This document shows, one piece after another, positions 37,631-48,241 of a stretch of DNA of 58,969 bases. The position numbers and the translations under genes were made by a program. Each line of letters opens with the position of its first letter. Position 1 is the stretch's first letter. Origin of the DNA: Anaerolineales bacterium (GTDB taxonomy: Bacteria > Chloroflexota > Anaerolineae > Anaerolineales > E44-bin32); contig JBHIBY010000003.1 in NCBI GenBank assembly GCA_046759305.1, positions 1-58,969 on the forward strand, written 5' to 3'. The notes beneath the pieces are model-generated. The model did not search any database, was not told where the DNA came from, and was given only the letters and a program-made list of their open reading frames with translations.

Positions 37631-39232
37631 ATGCAAACTTCTAACCGCCCCACATACCTGTACGGCGGCAAGATTCACCTTCATCCCGAAACCTCAAGAA
37701 CGGTCGAGGCAATCGTAGTCGATAAGGGTCGGGTGCTCGCCTCCGGATCCACCGAGGAGCTTGATCCGAGGCTGCTCCCTGAGACCGAGCGGATAGCTCT
37801 TGACGGTCGTGCGCTTATTCCCGGTTTGATCGATGCACATATTCATCTTGAAAAGTACGCTCAGTCGTTGCAGATTATCGATTGTGAGAGGCCTACGATG
37901 GCTGATTGCCTGGAACGCACTAGCAAGCATGCCTCCCAGGCACCGGCGGATTCCTGGATCCTTGGGCACGGATGGAACCAGAATACCTGGGGAGGATTTG
38001 GAAAGCTTGCGGATTTGGACGCAGCAGTGCCAAACCATCCTGCTTATCTGACGGCAAAGTCATTGCATGCGGCCTGGGTCAATTCCCGAGCACTTCAGTT
38101 GGCGGGCATCGATTCATCAACGCCGAATCCAGAAGACGGGGTGATCGAGAGAGATGAAATCGGAAATGCTACCGGCATGCTCTTTGAAGGAGCAATGCGC
38201 CTGGTAAAGCGTCGCATCCCAGCCCTGACAGCAGACCAGCTAGCCGATAAGCTTGGTACCGCACAGGAGAACCTCGCTCGATTTGGGTTGACCGGCGTTC
38301 ACGACTTCGATGGACCCACCTGCTTTGGCGCCCTCCAAATACTGCGCGAGCGAGGGGAACTCAGGCTGAGAGTATTGAAGAACATTCCTGCCGCTCAGCT
38401 GGGTTCCGCGCGCGATCTCGGACTTCGCAGCGGTTTCGGAGATGACTGGATCAGGATAGGCAATATCAAAGTCTTTGCGGACGGCGCACTGGGCCCTCGT
38501 ACGGCGGCTATGCTGCAATCCTACGAGGGCGAACCCAAGAACCGCGGAATGCTGCTCGTCGACAGCGAGGCGTTGATCGAAATATTTGAGGAGGCAGCAA
38601 GGTCGGGATTTGGTATGACGGTGCATGCCATCGGCGATCGCGCCAACCACGAGGTCTTGAATGCCTTCAGCCTGCTGCGGGAATACGAACAATTGGAGAT
38701 GCTTGCCAAGAGACGGCATCGCATCGAGCACTTGCAGATCCTTCATCCAGACGACCTTACTCGGGCCGCCGAACTCGAGATTGTGGCCTCCATGCAGCCA
38801 ATTCACGCGACATCTGACATGGAAATGGCGGATCAATATTGGGGAGATCGAGTTACCCAAGCCTACGCATGGCGCGCACAACTTGATGCTGGAGCCAGAC
38901 TGGCGTTTGGATCCGATGCCCCCGTGGAGACCCCAGATCCGCTCTCAGGAATTTACGCTGCGATTGCTCGTCGGCGGCCCGATGGTAGTCCAGGTATCAA
39001 CGGCTGGATTCCCGATCAGCGGCTCAATCTCTCCGAGGCGCTAGTTGCCTACACCATCGGTCCAGCATATGCGGCCGGAAACGAATCTTGGCAGGGGCAG
39101 CTTTTTCCGGGTTATGCAGCTGATCTAGTGGTGCTCAATCATGATCCCTTTGAACTTGAAGGCGAGGAGTTCCTCAGACTGAGCGTGGCAGGGACCATGG
39201 TAGCTGGCAATTGGAGCTATCGAAATTTCTAG
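37631..39232 (+). CDS. Amidohydrolase (YtcJ-like, Amidohydro_3)
   Basis: PGLIDAHIH, KVFADGALG, HAIGDRA, RIEH, FGSDAPV. Confidence 0.9.
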   Translation: MQTSNRPTYLYGGKIHLHPETSRTVEAIVVDKGRVLASGSTEELDPRLLPETERIALDGRALIPGLIDAHIHLEKYAQSLQIIDCERPTMADCLERTSKHASQAPADSWILGHGWNQNTWGGFGKLADLDAAVPNHPAYLTAKSLHAAWVNSRALQLAGIDSSTPNPEDGVIERDEIGNATGMLFEGAMRLVKRRIPALTADQLADKLGTAQENLARFGLTGVHDFDGPTCFGALQILRERGELRLRVLKNIPAAQLGSARDLGLRSGFGDDWIRIGNIKVFADGALGPRTAAMLQSYEGEPKNRGMLLVDSEALIEIFEEAARSGFGMTVHAIGDRANHEVLNAFSLLREYEQLEMLAKRRHRIEHLQILHPDDLTRAAELEIVASMQPIHATSDMEMADQYWGDRVTQAYAWRAQLDAGARLAFGSDAPVETPDPLSGIYAAIARRRPDGSPGINGWIPDQRLNLSEALVAYTIGPAYAAGNESWQGQLFPGYAADLVVLNHDPFELEGEEFLRLSVAGTMVAGNWSYRNF

Positions 39233-41121
39233 GCGGTCGATGAACGCACTAGCCGACGCACGTCACCGTCTCGATAGGTTAGACCGATCGAGTCGAAATG
39301 TTCCATCAGAGCCAACACATACTTTCGAGAGGTGCCGAAAAGATCTCGCACCTGAGCGATGGTGACTTCCCCCTCCCCTTGTAAGTGCTCGACAATACGC
39401 CTCTTCATGTCCTCATAGACTTCCTGAGTGAAAACCACCGCCTCGCTCACCTTGACTAGCTGACCTCGCTCAATTAACCCTTCTAGCAGCTCTTCTCCAA
39501 CGGCATCTCCACTTTCTTTCAGCGTTGGAGGGCCATAGGGGTTGTCCGCAAAAAGCTCCAAGAGGGACTTAACGCGCCGCTCCTGATCTGCAGAGTAAAT
39601 GATCTCGAACTCTGGCAGCCGAACTCGATTGCCAACTCTACGGATAATTCCCCGATCGACAAATGCAAACAATAGGGCATTTCCGGAGTAGTCAAGCCTG
39701 CTGCGAAATTCCTCAATAGGAACGCCTGCTCGGAGTGGATGCTCATTGTGATACCGCTCAAGCATTTCATGAGCTCGCGCAACAAGGCTCTCCCAAGCTG
39801 CTGAGCTGATGACAATCCAATCGCTTTGAGGAGTCTGCTTATTCAATATCACGATATCTCCCTCCCCCTCGAGGCGCACGATCTCTTCAACAGCGTCAGA
39901 CATTGCCAGCCCAGCTTCCCTTGCGGCCTCATTGAGGGACACCTGCACACCCCCAACGATCGTAGCCATGAGCACCTCCGCAGGAGTACCACTCGCCAGC
40001 CGCTCCAATCCCGCTATTACGGCCGCGTCTTTGCGCTTATGCCGCTCTGTGGGGTGCGGATCTGCAATTTGGCCGCCTCCCAGTGTAGTCCCGGGAGAGG
40101 GCTGACGGAGAATGAAATGATCTCCACGCCGTACAACTACAGGATGATCGAGTTCCAATTGCAGCCATCCGCTCTCGCCCCCTTTGAGCGGTTTCTCTTG
40201 AAGCAGCCGAACTCGTGCCATGCGCTGAGCTGATCCTGTGAAGAATTTAACATTGGCATTATGGCGGAGTCCGATCGCCTGGCCCTCAAGCATCCTGAAC
40301 TTCACATCGAGTCTGGACGTCGATGCGTCCGTTCCAGGCAACAGCAGCACTTCCCCTCGCTCGATCTGATCAACGCTCGCTCCGGAAATGTTGGCCGCTA
40401 CTCGGCTGCCCGGCTCTGCCACATCAACCTGTTGTTTGTGCGTCTGAAGCCCCCGGATCCGCGCCTCGACCTGGCGCGGCAGTACCTCCACCTCCTGACC
40501 CTTTTCGAGCTGGCCGTCCAGGAGCGTGCCGGTGACCACTGTTCCAAAACCGGCGATAGTAAACGCGCGATCGATCGGTAGCCTCGGACTCTGCGAGCCT
40601 TGCCGGGTCCTTACGGAGCGCAGTGCTGTATCCAGCACATCCAGAAGCTCGGATAGGCCTTCGCCAGTTACGGCAGATACACGCACCATAGGAGCAGATT
40701 CAAAGCGCGTCCCGTTCAGGAGCTCCCGCGTGTCCTCCTCGACCAGATCGATCCAATCCTCTTCTTGAACTAAGTCGACGCGGCTGTGCGCAACAATGAG
40801 TGTGTCGACTTCCAGCAGATCCAGGATTGAGAGATGTTCCCGGGTTTGGGGCATGATGCCCTCATCGGCAGCAATCACGAGCAAGGCCGCATCGATGCCC
40901 CCAACTCCTGCTAACATATTTTCAATAAAATCACGATGGCCTGGGACGTCCACAAATCCCAGGCCTTCTCCACTCGGCAACGTCAACCAGGCAAAGCCGA
41001 GATCTATTGTCATCTGCCGATCCTTCTCTTCCTGAAGCCTGTCCGGATCTATCCCAGTAAGGGCTTGCACCAGTGTGGATTTTCCATGATCCACATGACC
41101 GGCAGTTCCAATAACCCGCAT
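39229..41121 (-). CDS. selB: Selenocysteine-specific elongation factor
   Basis: GTAGHVDHGKS, MTIDLGFA, DVPGH, C-terminal winged helices with TSRKY. Confidence 0.95.
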   Translation of the reverse strand: MRVIGTAGHVDHGKSTLVQALTGIDPDRLQEEKDRQMTIDLGFAWLTLPSGEGLGFVDVPGHRDFIENMLAGVGGIDAALLVIAADEGIMPQTREHLSILDLLEVDTLIVAHSRVDLVQEEDWIDLVEEDTRELLNGTRFESAPMVRVSAVTGEGLSELLDVLDTALRSVRTRQGSQSPRLPIDRAFTIAGFGTVVTGTLLDGQLEKGQEVEVLPRQVEARIRGLQTHKQQVDVAEPGSRVAANISGASVDQIERGEVLLLPGTDASTSRLDVKFRMLEGQAIGLRHNANVKFFTGSAQRMARVRLLQEKPLKGGESGWLQLELDHPVVVRRGDHFILRQPSPGTTLGGGQIADPHPTERHKRKDAAVIAGLERLASGTPAEVLMATIVGGVQVSLNEAAREAGLAMSDAVEEIVRLEGEGDIVILNKQTPQSDWIVISSAAWESLVARAHEMLERYHNEHPLRAGVPIEEFRSRLDYSGNALLFAFVDRGIIRRVGNRVRLPEFEIIYSADQERRVKSLLELFADNPYGPPTLKESGDAVGEELLEGLIERGQLVKVSEAVVFTQEVYEDMKRRIVEHLQGEGEVTIAQVRDLFGTSRKYVLALMEHFDSIGLTYRDGDVRRLVRSSTA

Positions 41122-41136
41122 CTATTTAAGTCTCAT

Positions 41137-42306
41137 CTACCCATCGCTGTTCCGGAGCTCCGCTCCCCAGTCCTGAATCAGAGCCATCAGATCCGTGATC
41201 CTCCGCTTGTTTGACTGATCCATGTCCTCGATCTTCAATACCGTTGAATCGAGAAGCTCCTGCATATCCTTCAGCTGCACTGCGATTGGCACATGCTGAC
41301 GATCGTGCTCCCTGCGCTGCTCTTCAAAACTGAGCTTGAAACTGCTCCATCGCTTTTGCTCATCCGCTTGAAAAGTTAGCCATTCCTGCTTGAAGCGATC
41401 TTCGCTCAACCTTTGAATCTCGCTCACTTCTGCAATACGTCGATCGAGCCGCTCAACAACATTTTGTTGCTCATCCCGCAACAAACGGAGCCCTCGGTGG
41501 GTCTCTTCATAAGACTCTATTCGCTCCTGAAGTTCGTCCGACTGAAGCTCAAACTCTGTGAACCGCTTTTCCCAGGCGTTCCAGGCTCGCTCAAATTCAG
41601 CCAATCGTGCAGACTGTTGCTCCGTCCACAGCGTTTGCGACTGGCGCAGCTCTTTCTCACTAACTTCGAGTATTCCGGTCCGGGTTGCAATCTTGCGCAG
41701 CTGATCTTCTAAGGAATCAATGTGAGAACGAAGTTCGTCTGCTCTCTTGCTGATCGCAGAAGCGCGGCTGTCCAGGTCATTGATGCGCTGCCAGTCATTA
41801 TCTCTGGCTTCTCTAAGCCCAACCGTGGAGCGCACCTCGTCTTCAACCTCAGCCGAAACTTGATCGACCTTCTTGTCTAGCCCATCTAATGCGCGGCTGA
41901 TCCGAAGTTCTTCACGCTTGCGAGTTTCAAGCAGCTCATTGATTGCATCTAGCTGCTTAAGTCTGACTCTCAGTTCGTCGACCTCTTCAACGACCTTCTT
42001 TTGGTCGATACTGCGCAGGGATTCGAGCTGCTTCTCACGTGCGATCCGACGATCATCCTGAATTTCAAGCTGCTGCAAGATTTCAGCACGGTGCTTGGCG
42101 ATCGTTTCATCGTACTGGCGAATTCGTGCCTCTAGCGCGGGGAATCGAGCCACTTCGCCCGACAACTCTCGCAGCTGTTGAGTATGTTGGCTTGCAGCCT
42201 GGTCAAGTGCTTCGAGACGTTCTTCAAGGCGCGTTACTTCCTCGGCATCCTTTCGCCTTTGTTCGTCAAGCCAGCTTACTCTCTTGTCAATCTGCTCAGC
42301 TTCCAA
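41137..42306 (-). CDS. Long coiled-coil protein
   Basis: Heptad-rich E/R/Q/L composition throughout; TTG start after GGAGGA inferred. Confidence 0.75.
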   Translation of the reverse strand: MEAEQIDKRVSWLDEQRRKDAEEVTRLEERLEALDQAASQHTQQLRELSGEVARFPALEARIRQYDETIAKHRAEILQQLEIQDDRRIAREKQLESLRSIDQKKVVEEVDELRVRLKQLDAINELLETRKREELRISRALDGLDKKVDQVSAEVEDEVRSTVGLREARDNDWQRINDLDSRASAISKRADELRSHIDSLEDQLRKIATRTGILEVSEKELRQSQTLWTEQQSARLAEFERAWNAWEKRFTEFELQSDELQERIESYEETHRGLRLLRDEQQNVVERLDRRIAEVSEIQRLSEDRFKQEWLTFQADEQKRWSSFKLSFEEQRREHDRQHVPIAVQLKDMQELLDSTVLKIEDMDQSNKRRITDLMALIQDWGAELRNSDG

Positions 42307-42390
42307 GCGTCCTCCCAAGGTTTCCTCATGCGCTTTGATGCAGCAAAACTCGCGCTTTTCGAGTATAGCATGTGGTCGCTCACCATCAGA

Positions 42391-43734
42391 TTAGGGGCTC
42401 AAATTGGCCGCGCCCCAAAGAATAGCAAGCTGCGGGAAGATTCCCAGTATCAAACAGCTGCCCGCCATTATTGCCAGCACCACTCTGCGAGGGGGCTCGT
42501 CCAAATTGACCGGTCCCGGCTCGAACAGCTTCCAGGTCCAGCGGAGCACAGCCCATAGGATGGCAAGCATGCTGAATACGATCAGTAATGCAGCAGGTTC
42601 CGACAATCGAGTCATAAGCTGCCAGCGCCAGGGAAATCCGGCAGTTAGCGGCACTCCAGCCAAGCTCAATACACCCACAAGTGCGGCAGCCGTGGCGAGC
42701 GGCGCCGCTCTAGCAGCGCCCTTCGAATACCCGGACGAATTCATCAGCGCGGCTCCTAGTCCCCATAACCCTAAACTGATCACTCGCACACTGGTCAGTC
42801 CAATCGCGATCTCGCTTTCGGAAGATTGCTCTGAGCCAACGGCAAGCAGCGAGACTCCGATATCAGCCAATAACACGTAGATTGCCATCTTCAGGAATGT
42901 AATCTGCGCAACAGCCACTACGCTTCCAAAGATAATCAACAATATCCCTGCAGCTTGAATAGCTGCAGGGATGCTTGGCTCAGCGCGCATCCAAGCGAAG
43001 TTGTCCAGGAACCGCAGCAGAATGAACATCCCCGAACTTTGAAGGATGACGGCCACGAATGCTAGCGAATATGAGTTGACGCGGTCGGCTATGCTAGGGA
43101 GCCAGTAGTGGAACGGAGGGACAAAGAGCAGAATGACGAACCCTAATCCAAGCAGCAAAGCAACACGCGTCGCCAGTTCTGGTGTTACGCTCGTGACACC
43201 TACATTCTCGAGCAGCCAGCCTGTAAATAGGATCGCCATCATCGCCATTGAGTACAGCACTAGTAGATTGAGCACTCCCCTCTCATTGCGAGAGCCCGGC
43301 GGAATCAGAATGAGCACAGATGCCATCGCAGCCAGCTCGAGAAAAATCGCAGCGAAAAGGAAGGGTTCTATAGACAAGGCCCCGGCCAGCAGGCCAAGAG
43401 CCAGAAAGCCGGCCGGGACGAACGAGCGACCGGGCGCGACTACCCACCCCAGACTGAAGAACAATGCACCCACCAGAAACAGAAAGCCGACTCCTGCTCG
43501 ATCTGACGAATCCAGGCTCATGGGTCTCCCAAGGATTTCCCACGTGCTGTCAAGCCTTATCGAAACACCAAACAGCGAAAGAGCTGTATCCAATGGAGCG
43601 TAGAGAACAAACAGACCAATTAGAGCGGAGCAAGGTCCAGCAATTGCAAAAGGGATGATTGCTCGGCGCCGGAGGCTGAGCGTTACAACAGCTAGAAGCG
43701 CGACCAGGGAAAATACGATTGCGGGAGCGCTCAC
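42391..43734 (-). CDS. Proton-antiporter-like membrane subunit (MrpD/NuoN/HyfB family), degenerate
   Basis: Many TM helices, IFLEL, PPFHYWLP, SLAGVPLTAGF. Confidence 0.75.
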   Translation of the reverse strand: MSAPAIVFSLVALLAVVTLSLRRRAIIPFAIAGPCSALIGLFVLYAPLDTALSLFGVSIRLDSTWEILGRPMSLDSSDRAGVGFLFLVGALFFSLGWVVAPGRSFVPAGFLALGLLAGALSIEPFLFAAIFLELAAMASVLILIPPGSRNERGVLNLLVLYSMAMMAILFTGWLLENVGVTSVTPELATRVALLLGLGFVILLFVPPFHYWLPSIADRVNSYSLAFVAVILQSSGMFILLRFLDNFAWMRAEPSIPAAIQAAGILLIIFGSVVAVAQITFLKMAIYVLLADIGVSLLAVGSEQSSESEIAIGLTSVRVISLGLWGLGAALMNSSGYSKGAARAAPLATAAALVGVLSLAGVPLTAGFPWRWQLMTRLSEPAALLIVFSMLAILWAVLRWTWKLFEPGPVNLDEPPRRVVLAIMAGSCLILGIFPQLAILWGAANLSP

Positions 43735-44318
43735 TCGCCGCCCTCAGCAACGTCAGGTGGCGGTGCTACGAGCATCAGGTAGCTGACCACCATTGCCAGA
43801 CCAATGTGCACACTCGCAAGCAGTGCCAAAATTGCCAGCGCAGGCTCGATCACGCTGTACGCGATCTCAAACCCACTCAGCAAGGTGATGAGACCGATAC
43901 ATACTCTAAGTGGGGTCCTGAATAATCCCAGTTGCAGCAATCCCATCGACATCAAGATTGCCGAAGCCATAGTTGCTTCTGGCCGAATATCCGGCACTCT
44001 CATCCAATTTGCCTGCCCTAACCCAATTGCAGCGGTCAGGATCAGGACTGCTGCGATGAGGCGAAAGGCTCTTCCTGCGATCCCAGGAGCAGTCTCTGCG
44101 GTCATCCGACTACCCGCCACGGTCAGGGCCAATACACCGCAGGTGATCATGCCTGCCACTACTTTGACAGCCGCTACCTGTGGTGGCAGCGCAAGGGAAC
44201 CGAGCCATGCCACAGCAGCATATTGGATTGCTAGAATTCCGATTTGAAATCCTGGGCGCTCAGCGATGATCAGAGTGGATGCTGTTGCCGCAGCCAGAAT
44301 CACTGGAAGCATGTTCAA
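43731..44318 (-). CDS. Multi-TM membrane protein (HyfE/MrpC-like size)
   Basis: About six hydrophobic helices; overlaps both neighbours. Confidence 0.7.
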   Translation of the reverse strand: MNMLPVILAAATASTLIIAERPGFQIGILAIQYAAVAWLGSLALPPQVAAVKVVAGMITCGVLALTVAGSRMTAETAPGIAGRAFRLIAAVLILTAAIGLGQANWMRVPDIRPEATMASAILMSMGLLQLGLFRTPLRVCIGLITLLSGFEIAYSVIEPALAILALLASVHIGLAMVVSYLMLVAPPPDVAEGGE

Positions 44319-45646
44319 GCGGTCACCGCCTGAATACCGATAATAGCGATCAGAAGCACGAGCAAGATCCAGAGTACAGCGCTTTCTCCCTCAAATACCT
44401 CGGCCGTTGTTCGGATTGCGGCCGCCAAAAATCGCGCGAGTTCTATTACATAACTGCGCGCTCTCACGAGGCTTGGCAAGCGCAAATTGGACAGCATGCG
44501 ATGGCCTCGGGAAAGCGCGTATCCGACAGAGAGGCCCGCCATAGCGGCAGTTGCACCTCCAAGGCTCAGCAGCCATCCTGCGCTCAACGTCGCCAGGATT
44601 GCGGCCGTGAGAAGAATCGCAGCCGCGCCCATCTCCAGCCGAGTGAGGGATTGGCCGCGCTCATCCGCAAAGCGAAGTCGCGCGATTGCCGCGAGCGCCG
44701 TCGCTAAAACCACACCCCACATCAGATCGAGCGATGTAGTAACCAACGCGAAGGGCACTACTGCAACCGCTACCCAAGAGATGCGAGACAACCCTGCGAA
44801 TTCCAGCGCAACGATAGCGAGAAGCGCCGCCGCACCCGATGCAAAGACTATGCTTTGCGCATCGGGTAATGCCAGGAAGCCCGCGCCTACTAGCGCTAGA
44901 GCTAGGAGCGTAAGGCGTGACCTAAAGAGCAGCGAGTAGACCAGTATGCTCACAACCGCTGCGCCTGCGATCCAGGGCAGTTGAGCAGGTTCCCGGCTTG
45001 CCGCCGCAAGAGCTCCAAGCGGAGCTAGCACAGCCAGAGTGAATGGGAAGCGAGCATCCGCGCCGCCTATGGATCGAACCCCCACAGCGATCATTAGGAA
45101 GACAGGCGCGCTAAATCCCTTTTGAGTGGACGCAAGAGCAGCGGCAACCGCAGCAAATTGCACTCCGGATTTCCACAAAGTGGTTTCGATTTCGTCTGAG
45201 GTGGACAAACGTAGTCCTGACTCCACCGCGATCATCAATGTCCAAAGCATCACAATGGTGACCAGATTTCCAGCCGCGATTGCAGCGAGGGCGATACTTG
45301 CATAGAGCAACCGGCTGGTGCTTCGCCCCTCAAGTAGCACTTCTGCTAACACTGCGGCTGACCCCATCAGTAAGAATGGCCAGACTGTTTTATCGATGGC
45401 GAATAGAAATCCTGGGCCAAACAACTCAACCGGCCGCCACAGGGTTATGGTCAGCACCGAGCGTGACTGCTGAAGGCCGGCAATCGTTGCAACAAGGGCT
45501 ATTCCCGCACCGATCAACGACACCGATTGTGGTCGGCGGCCACGTAGCAGGACAAGTGCGAGGGCACCTAAGATGAGGGTGATGCTGGGGAGTAGCGCCA
45601 AGACTATCTCTCGAGGCTGACCAAGAATACCATGTAGAAAGTCCAA
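44315..45646 (-). CDS. Multi-TM membrane protein, highly diverged antiporter-like subunit
   Basis: W.P...G..FAID and AAGNLVTIVMLW resemble the MrpA/D N-terminus; TTG start inferred. Confidence 0.6.
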   Translation of the reverse strand: MDFLHGILGQPREIVLALLPSITLILGALALVLLRGRRPQSVSLIGAGIALVATIAGLQQSRSVLTITLWRPVELFGPGFLFAIDKTVWPFLLMGSAAVLAEVLLEGRSTSRLLYASIALAAIAAGNLVTIVMLWTLMIAVESGLRLSTSDEIETTLWKSGVQFAAVAAALASTQKGFSAPVFLMIAVGVRSIGGADARFPFTLAVLAPLGALAAASREPAQLPWIAGAAVVSILVYSLLFRSRLTLLALALVGAGFLALPDAQSIVFASGAAALLAIVALEFAGLSRISWVAVAVVPFALVTTSLDLMWGVVLATALAAIARLRFADERGQSLTRLEMGAAAILLTAAILATLSAGWLLSLGGATAAMAGLSVGYALSRGHRMLSNLRLPSLVRARSYVIELARFLAAAIRTTAEVFEGESAVLWILLVLLIAIIGIQAVTA

Positions 45647-45683
45647 AACGTAGTGCGTGCTATACTTGGGCCGCTTTTTCCAA

Positions 45684-45894
45684 ATGAGCGCCAAAGTCAA
45701 ACATCTTTTTCTCAAAGCCGAGTCCGGTCAGCCCATGGTATCTAGCGCCAGCGTCGAGGCGGTCGCTGGATTCGGCCTTGAGGGCGACGCCTCGTACGGC
45801 AGGCGGTCGCGCCATTCGGGTCAGGGACCAAATTACTGTTGAAGCGTCAACGAAAGATGCCAAGGCTCCGAACTTGATTCAGGTCGAGAGCTAG
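45684..45894 (+). pseudogene. MOSC-domain gene remnant with internal deletion and frameshift
   Basis: N-terminal KVKHLFLK..GQPM..VEAVAGFGLEGD joined out of frame to C-terminal-like IRVRDQITVE. Confidence 0.55.
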
Positions 45895-45923
45895 AAGGCC
45901 ATTTTTCCTCTGGGAACCTTGAA

Positions 45924-48065
45924 ATGGAAGATTGGGTAGGCCGCATTCTCTCGAAGGTGCGCATCGAGCGCATGATCGGCCGTGGGGGGATGGCCGATGT
46001 CTACATTGGCCGACACACCACACTGGATCGGCCGATGGCGGTCAAGATTCTCCATTCGCATATGACAGCCGAACCGGAATTACGGCGGCGCTTCGAGGAA
46101 GAGGCGAAGGCGGTTTCCGGGCTTCGACATCCAAATATCGTTCAAGTCGTCGACTTTGATGTGGTCGAGGAACGACCCTACATCATCATGGAGCTATTAG
46201 AGGGTATGACAATCGGCCAATACTTGAAGGAAATGCGCTCCGTTGGCCACAGTCTTCCTCTCGAGACGATCGTTCGTCTTATCAGCGGGATCGCGGCCGC
46301 ACTCGACTACGCACACCAGCGTGGCATCATCCACCGCGATGTGAAACCTGCCAACATCGTGCTTCGCAAGGGCGCGGCTCCGCTTCGCGCCGGACTGCCA
46401 CTTGCCGATGACGTGGAACCGGTCCTGACCGATTTCGGTGTGGCGCGTATCGCAAGCGCCGCAACCCGAACCGCCTCGGGAACCGTTCTCGGAACGCCAG
46501 CCTATATGAGTCCAGAGCAGGTGCAAGGCCAAACAGTTGCTGAGACCAGCGACATCTATTCGCTTGGAATCATTCTGTACGAAATGCTTGCAGGTCGACT
46601 GCCCTTCGATCCAGAGAGCGATACCCCGGCTTCAATCCTTTACAAACACGTGCACGAACCACCGCCCCCCCTACCTAACATTCCTGAGACCGTCAGGGCG
46701 GTAACCGACAGAGCTCTGGCAAAGGATGTGGCCGATCGTTATCAAAAGGCAGGCGATTTCGCAAAAGATCTCAAAGGGGCGGTCGCGTTAGCATCCATCC
46801 AGGCGACTGCCTCATCGACCGGTTTGGGCCAGGAAACCGCGCTGCCTTCAGCAACGGTCGCTGCACCGGTCACAGGACGACAAGCAACAGATCAGCAGGT
46901 CGGTACGCCACCGCCTTCTACGGTTGTAACCGGCCGCGGCGGATTGTCCGGGCTCGCTTTAGTCGGGGCGTTCGCTCTGGGTGCTGTCGTGCTCGCTGGA
47001 GGCGTATTTCTCACATTTTCTCTGCTACAAGGCCAACAAGGTGAAGAGCCCGTCGCGCAGCCAACAACCGCCGCAGAATCGACGATCGCACCCCCTCCTG
47101 CAACCACTGATGCAACCTCCGACGCGGTTCCTACCGCTCCTCCCGAAGTTACAGAGGCACCGGCAATCGATACGACGACGCCGCAAGGGTCTATTCTGTT
47201 CGGCGACAGTACGGTGGTCGGAACCATCAACATTGCAGAGCCCCCCGATGAAGGAATGGAGTATCAGGCCTGGCTGACGAGCGACGAAGTGGCTCCGCTG
47301 CTGCTAAATCAAGGCGGCCAGGTGGACTGGTCGGTCGGCCATTTAAGCATCGCCTACAACCATCCGACAGACGATAGCTTGCTGAGTGACTATGGCTCAA
47401 TAGCTATCACCATGGCACCGGTTGGAGGTATCACGCTAGTCCCGGAGCAAGTTCGCTTTGAGGGTGACTTGGATGCTGAAACCGTGAATCGATCACGTCT
47501 TGCGCTAGACGTCAAACTAGGCGCACCAGTAATTGAGAACCTGCTCGATTGGTTGTCAAGACAAGCCACTCACCTCTCGAGCCACGCGGTTCTGGCCGTC
47601 GATGAAATCAATGGCGGCCACCTTGACGACGCGAAACTACATTCGGAACACACGATCAACATCGCCGAAGGGCGAGACGGCCCGCTCTATGGTGACTGGA
47701 ACGGTGACGGATCCCCAATAAACCCAGGCGACGATGTCGGGCTCACGAACTACCTTCTTCTACTGCAGTCGGCTGCGGAAGGCTACGGACGCGCGCAGGA
47801 GCTTGCTGGTCGGGTGGACGCGCTTCCCGGTCGAGTGGCCGATGACGCGGCCACGCTGGCTGAGGCTGTTATGACAGTGCGCGAGGCTGCCCGGCAAATC
47901 GCCGCCGCGGATGAGATCGGCATCGTGACGGAACTGGGGCTCGATACGCAGCTTGAGCTCGCCACTACTATCAAGGCTGATATCGAACGTCTGATTGGAG
48001 ATACTGCGGCCGCTGAATTGACCTTTATGTTTGAAGTGTTCGCCGTAGGATCCGGCGATAACTGA
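45924..48065 (+). CDS. Transmembrane Ser/Thr protein kinase with extracellular domain
   Basis: GRGGMA, MAVK, HRDVKPAN, DFG, GTPAYMSPEQ; TM helix followed by Pro/Thr linker and acidic ectodomain. Confidence 0.92.
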   Translation: MEDWVGRILSKVRIERMIGRGGMADVYIGRHTTLDRPMAVKILHSHMTAEPELRRRFEEEAKAVSGLRHPNIVQVVDFDVVEERPYIIMELLEGMTIGQYLKEMRSVGHSLPLETIVRLISGIAAALDYAHQRGIIHRDVKPANIVLRKGAAPLRAGLPLADDVEPVLTDFGVARIASAATRTASGTVLGTPAYMSPEQVQGQTVAETSDIYSLGIILYEMLAGRLPFDPESDTPASILYKHVHEPPPPLPNIPETVRAVTDRALAKDVADRYQKAGDFAKDLKGAVALASIQATASSTGLGQETALPSATVAAPVTGRQATDQQVGTPPPSTVVTGRGGLSGLALVGAFALGAVVLAGGVFLTFSLLQGQQGEEPVAQPTTAAESTIAPPPATTDATSDAVPTAPPEVTEAPAIDTTTPQGSILFGDSTVVGTINIAEPPDEGMEYQAWLTSDEVAPLLLNQGGQVDWSVGHLSIAYNHPTDDSLLSDYGSIAITMAPVGGITLVPEQVRFEGDLDAETVNRSRLALDVKLGAPVIENLLDWLSRQATHLSSHAVLAVDEINGGHLDDAKLHSEHTINIAEGRDGPLYGDWNGDGSPINPGDDVGLTNYLLLLQSAAEGYGRAQELAGRVDALPGRVADDAATLAEAVMTVREAARQIAAADEIGIVTELGLDTQLELATTIKADIERLIGDTAAAELTFMFEVFAVGSGDN

Positions 48066-48089
48066 CCAATGTGCTATACTCCGTGCGCT

Positions 48090-48143
48090 ATGCAGCCGAA
48101 CCGATCGAATTCCCATCATCACCATCCGTACCCGGGCGGCTGA
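48090..48143 (+). CDS. His-rich leader peptide MQPNRSNSHHHHPYPGG
   Basis: ATG...CAT CAT CAC CAT...TGA just after an extended -10 (TGCTATACT) and upstream of hisS. Confidence 0.75.
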   Translation: MQPNRSNSHHHHPYPGG

Positions 48144-48172
48144 CCGCGCGTCTTGATTTAGCGCAACTATAG

Positions 48173-48202
48173 ACGGCGAGGGCAGCGCCCCGCCGTTTTT
48201 TT
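48173..48202 (+). terminator. Attenuator terminator upstream of hisS
   Basis: ACGGCGAGGGC-agc-GCCCCGCCGT followed by TTTTTT. Confidence 0.8.
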
Positions 48203-48241
48203 GTTGTTGCGTTTTATTGTGGTTGCGGGAGAACATGAACT

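Noticed and set aside
48066-48241. T-box riboswitch upstream of hisS
   Set aside because: No TGGNACCGCG T-box motif and the leader is too short; the His leader peptide explains the terminator
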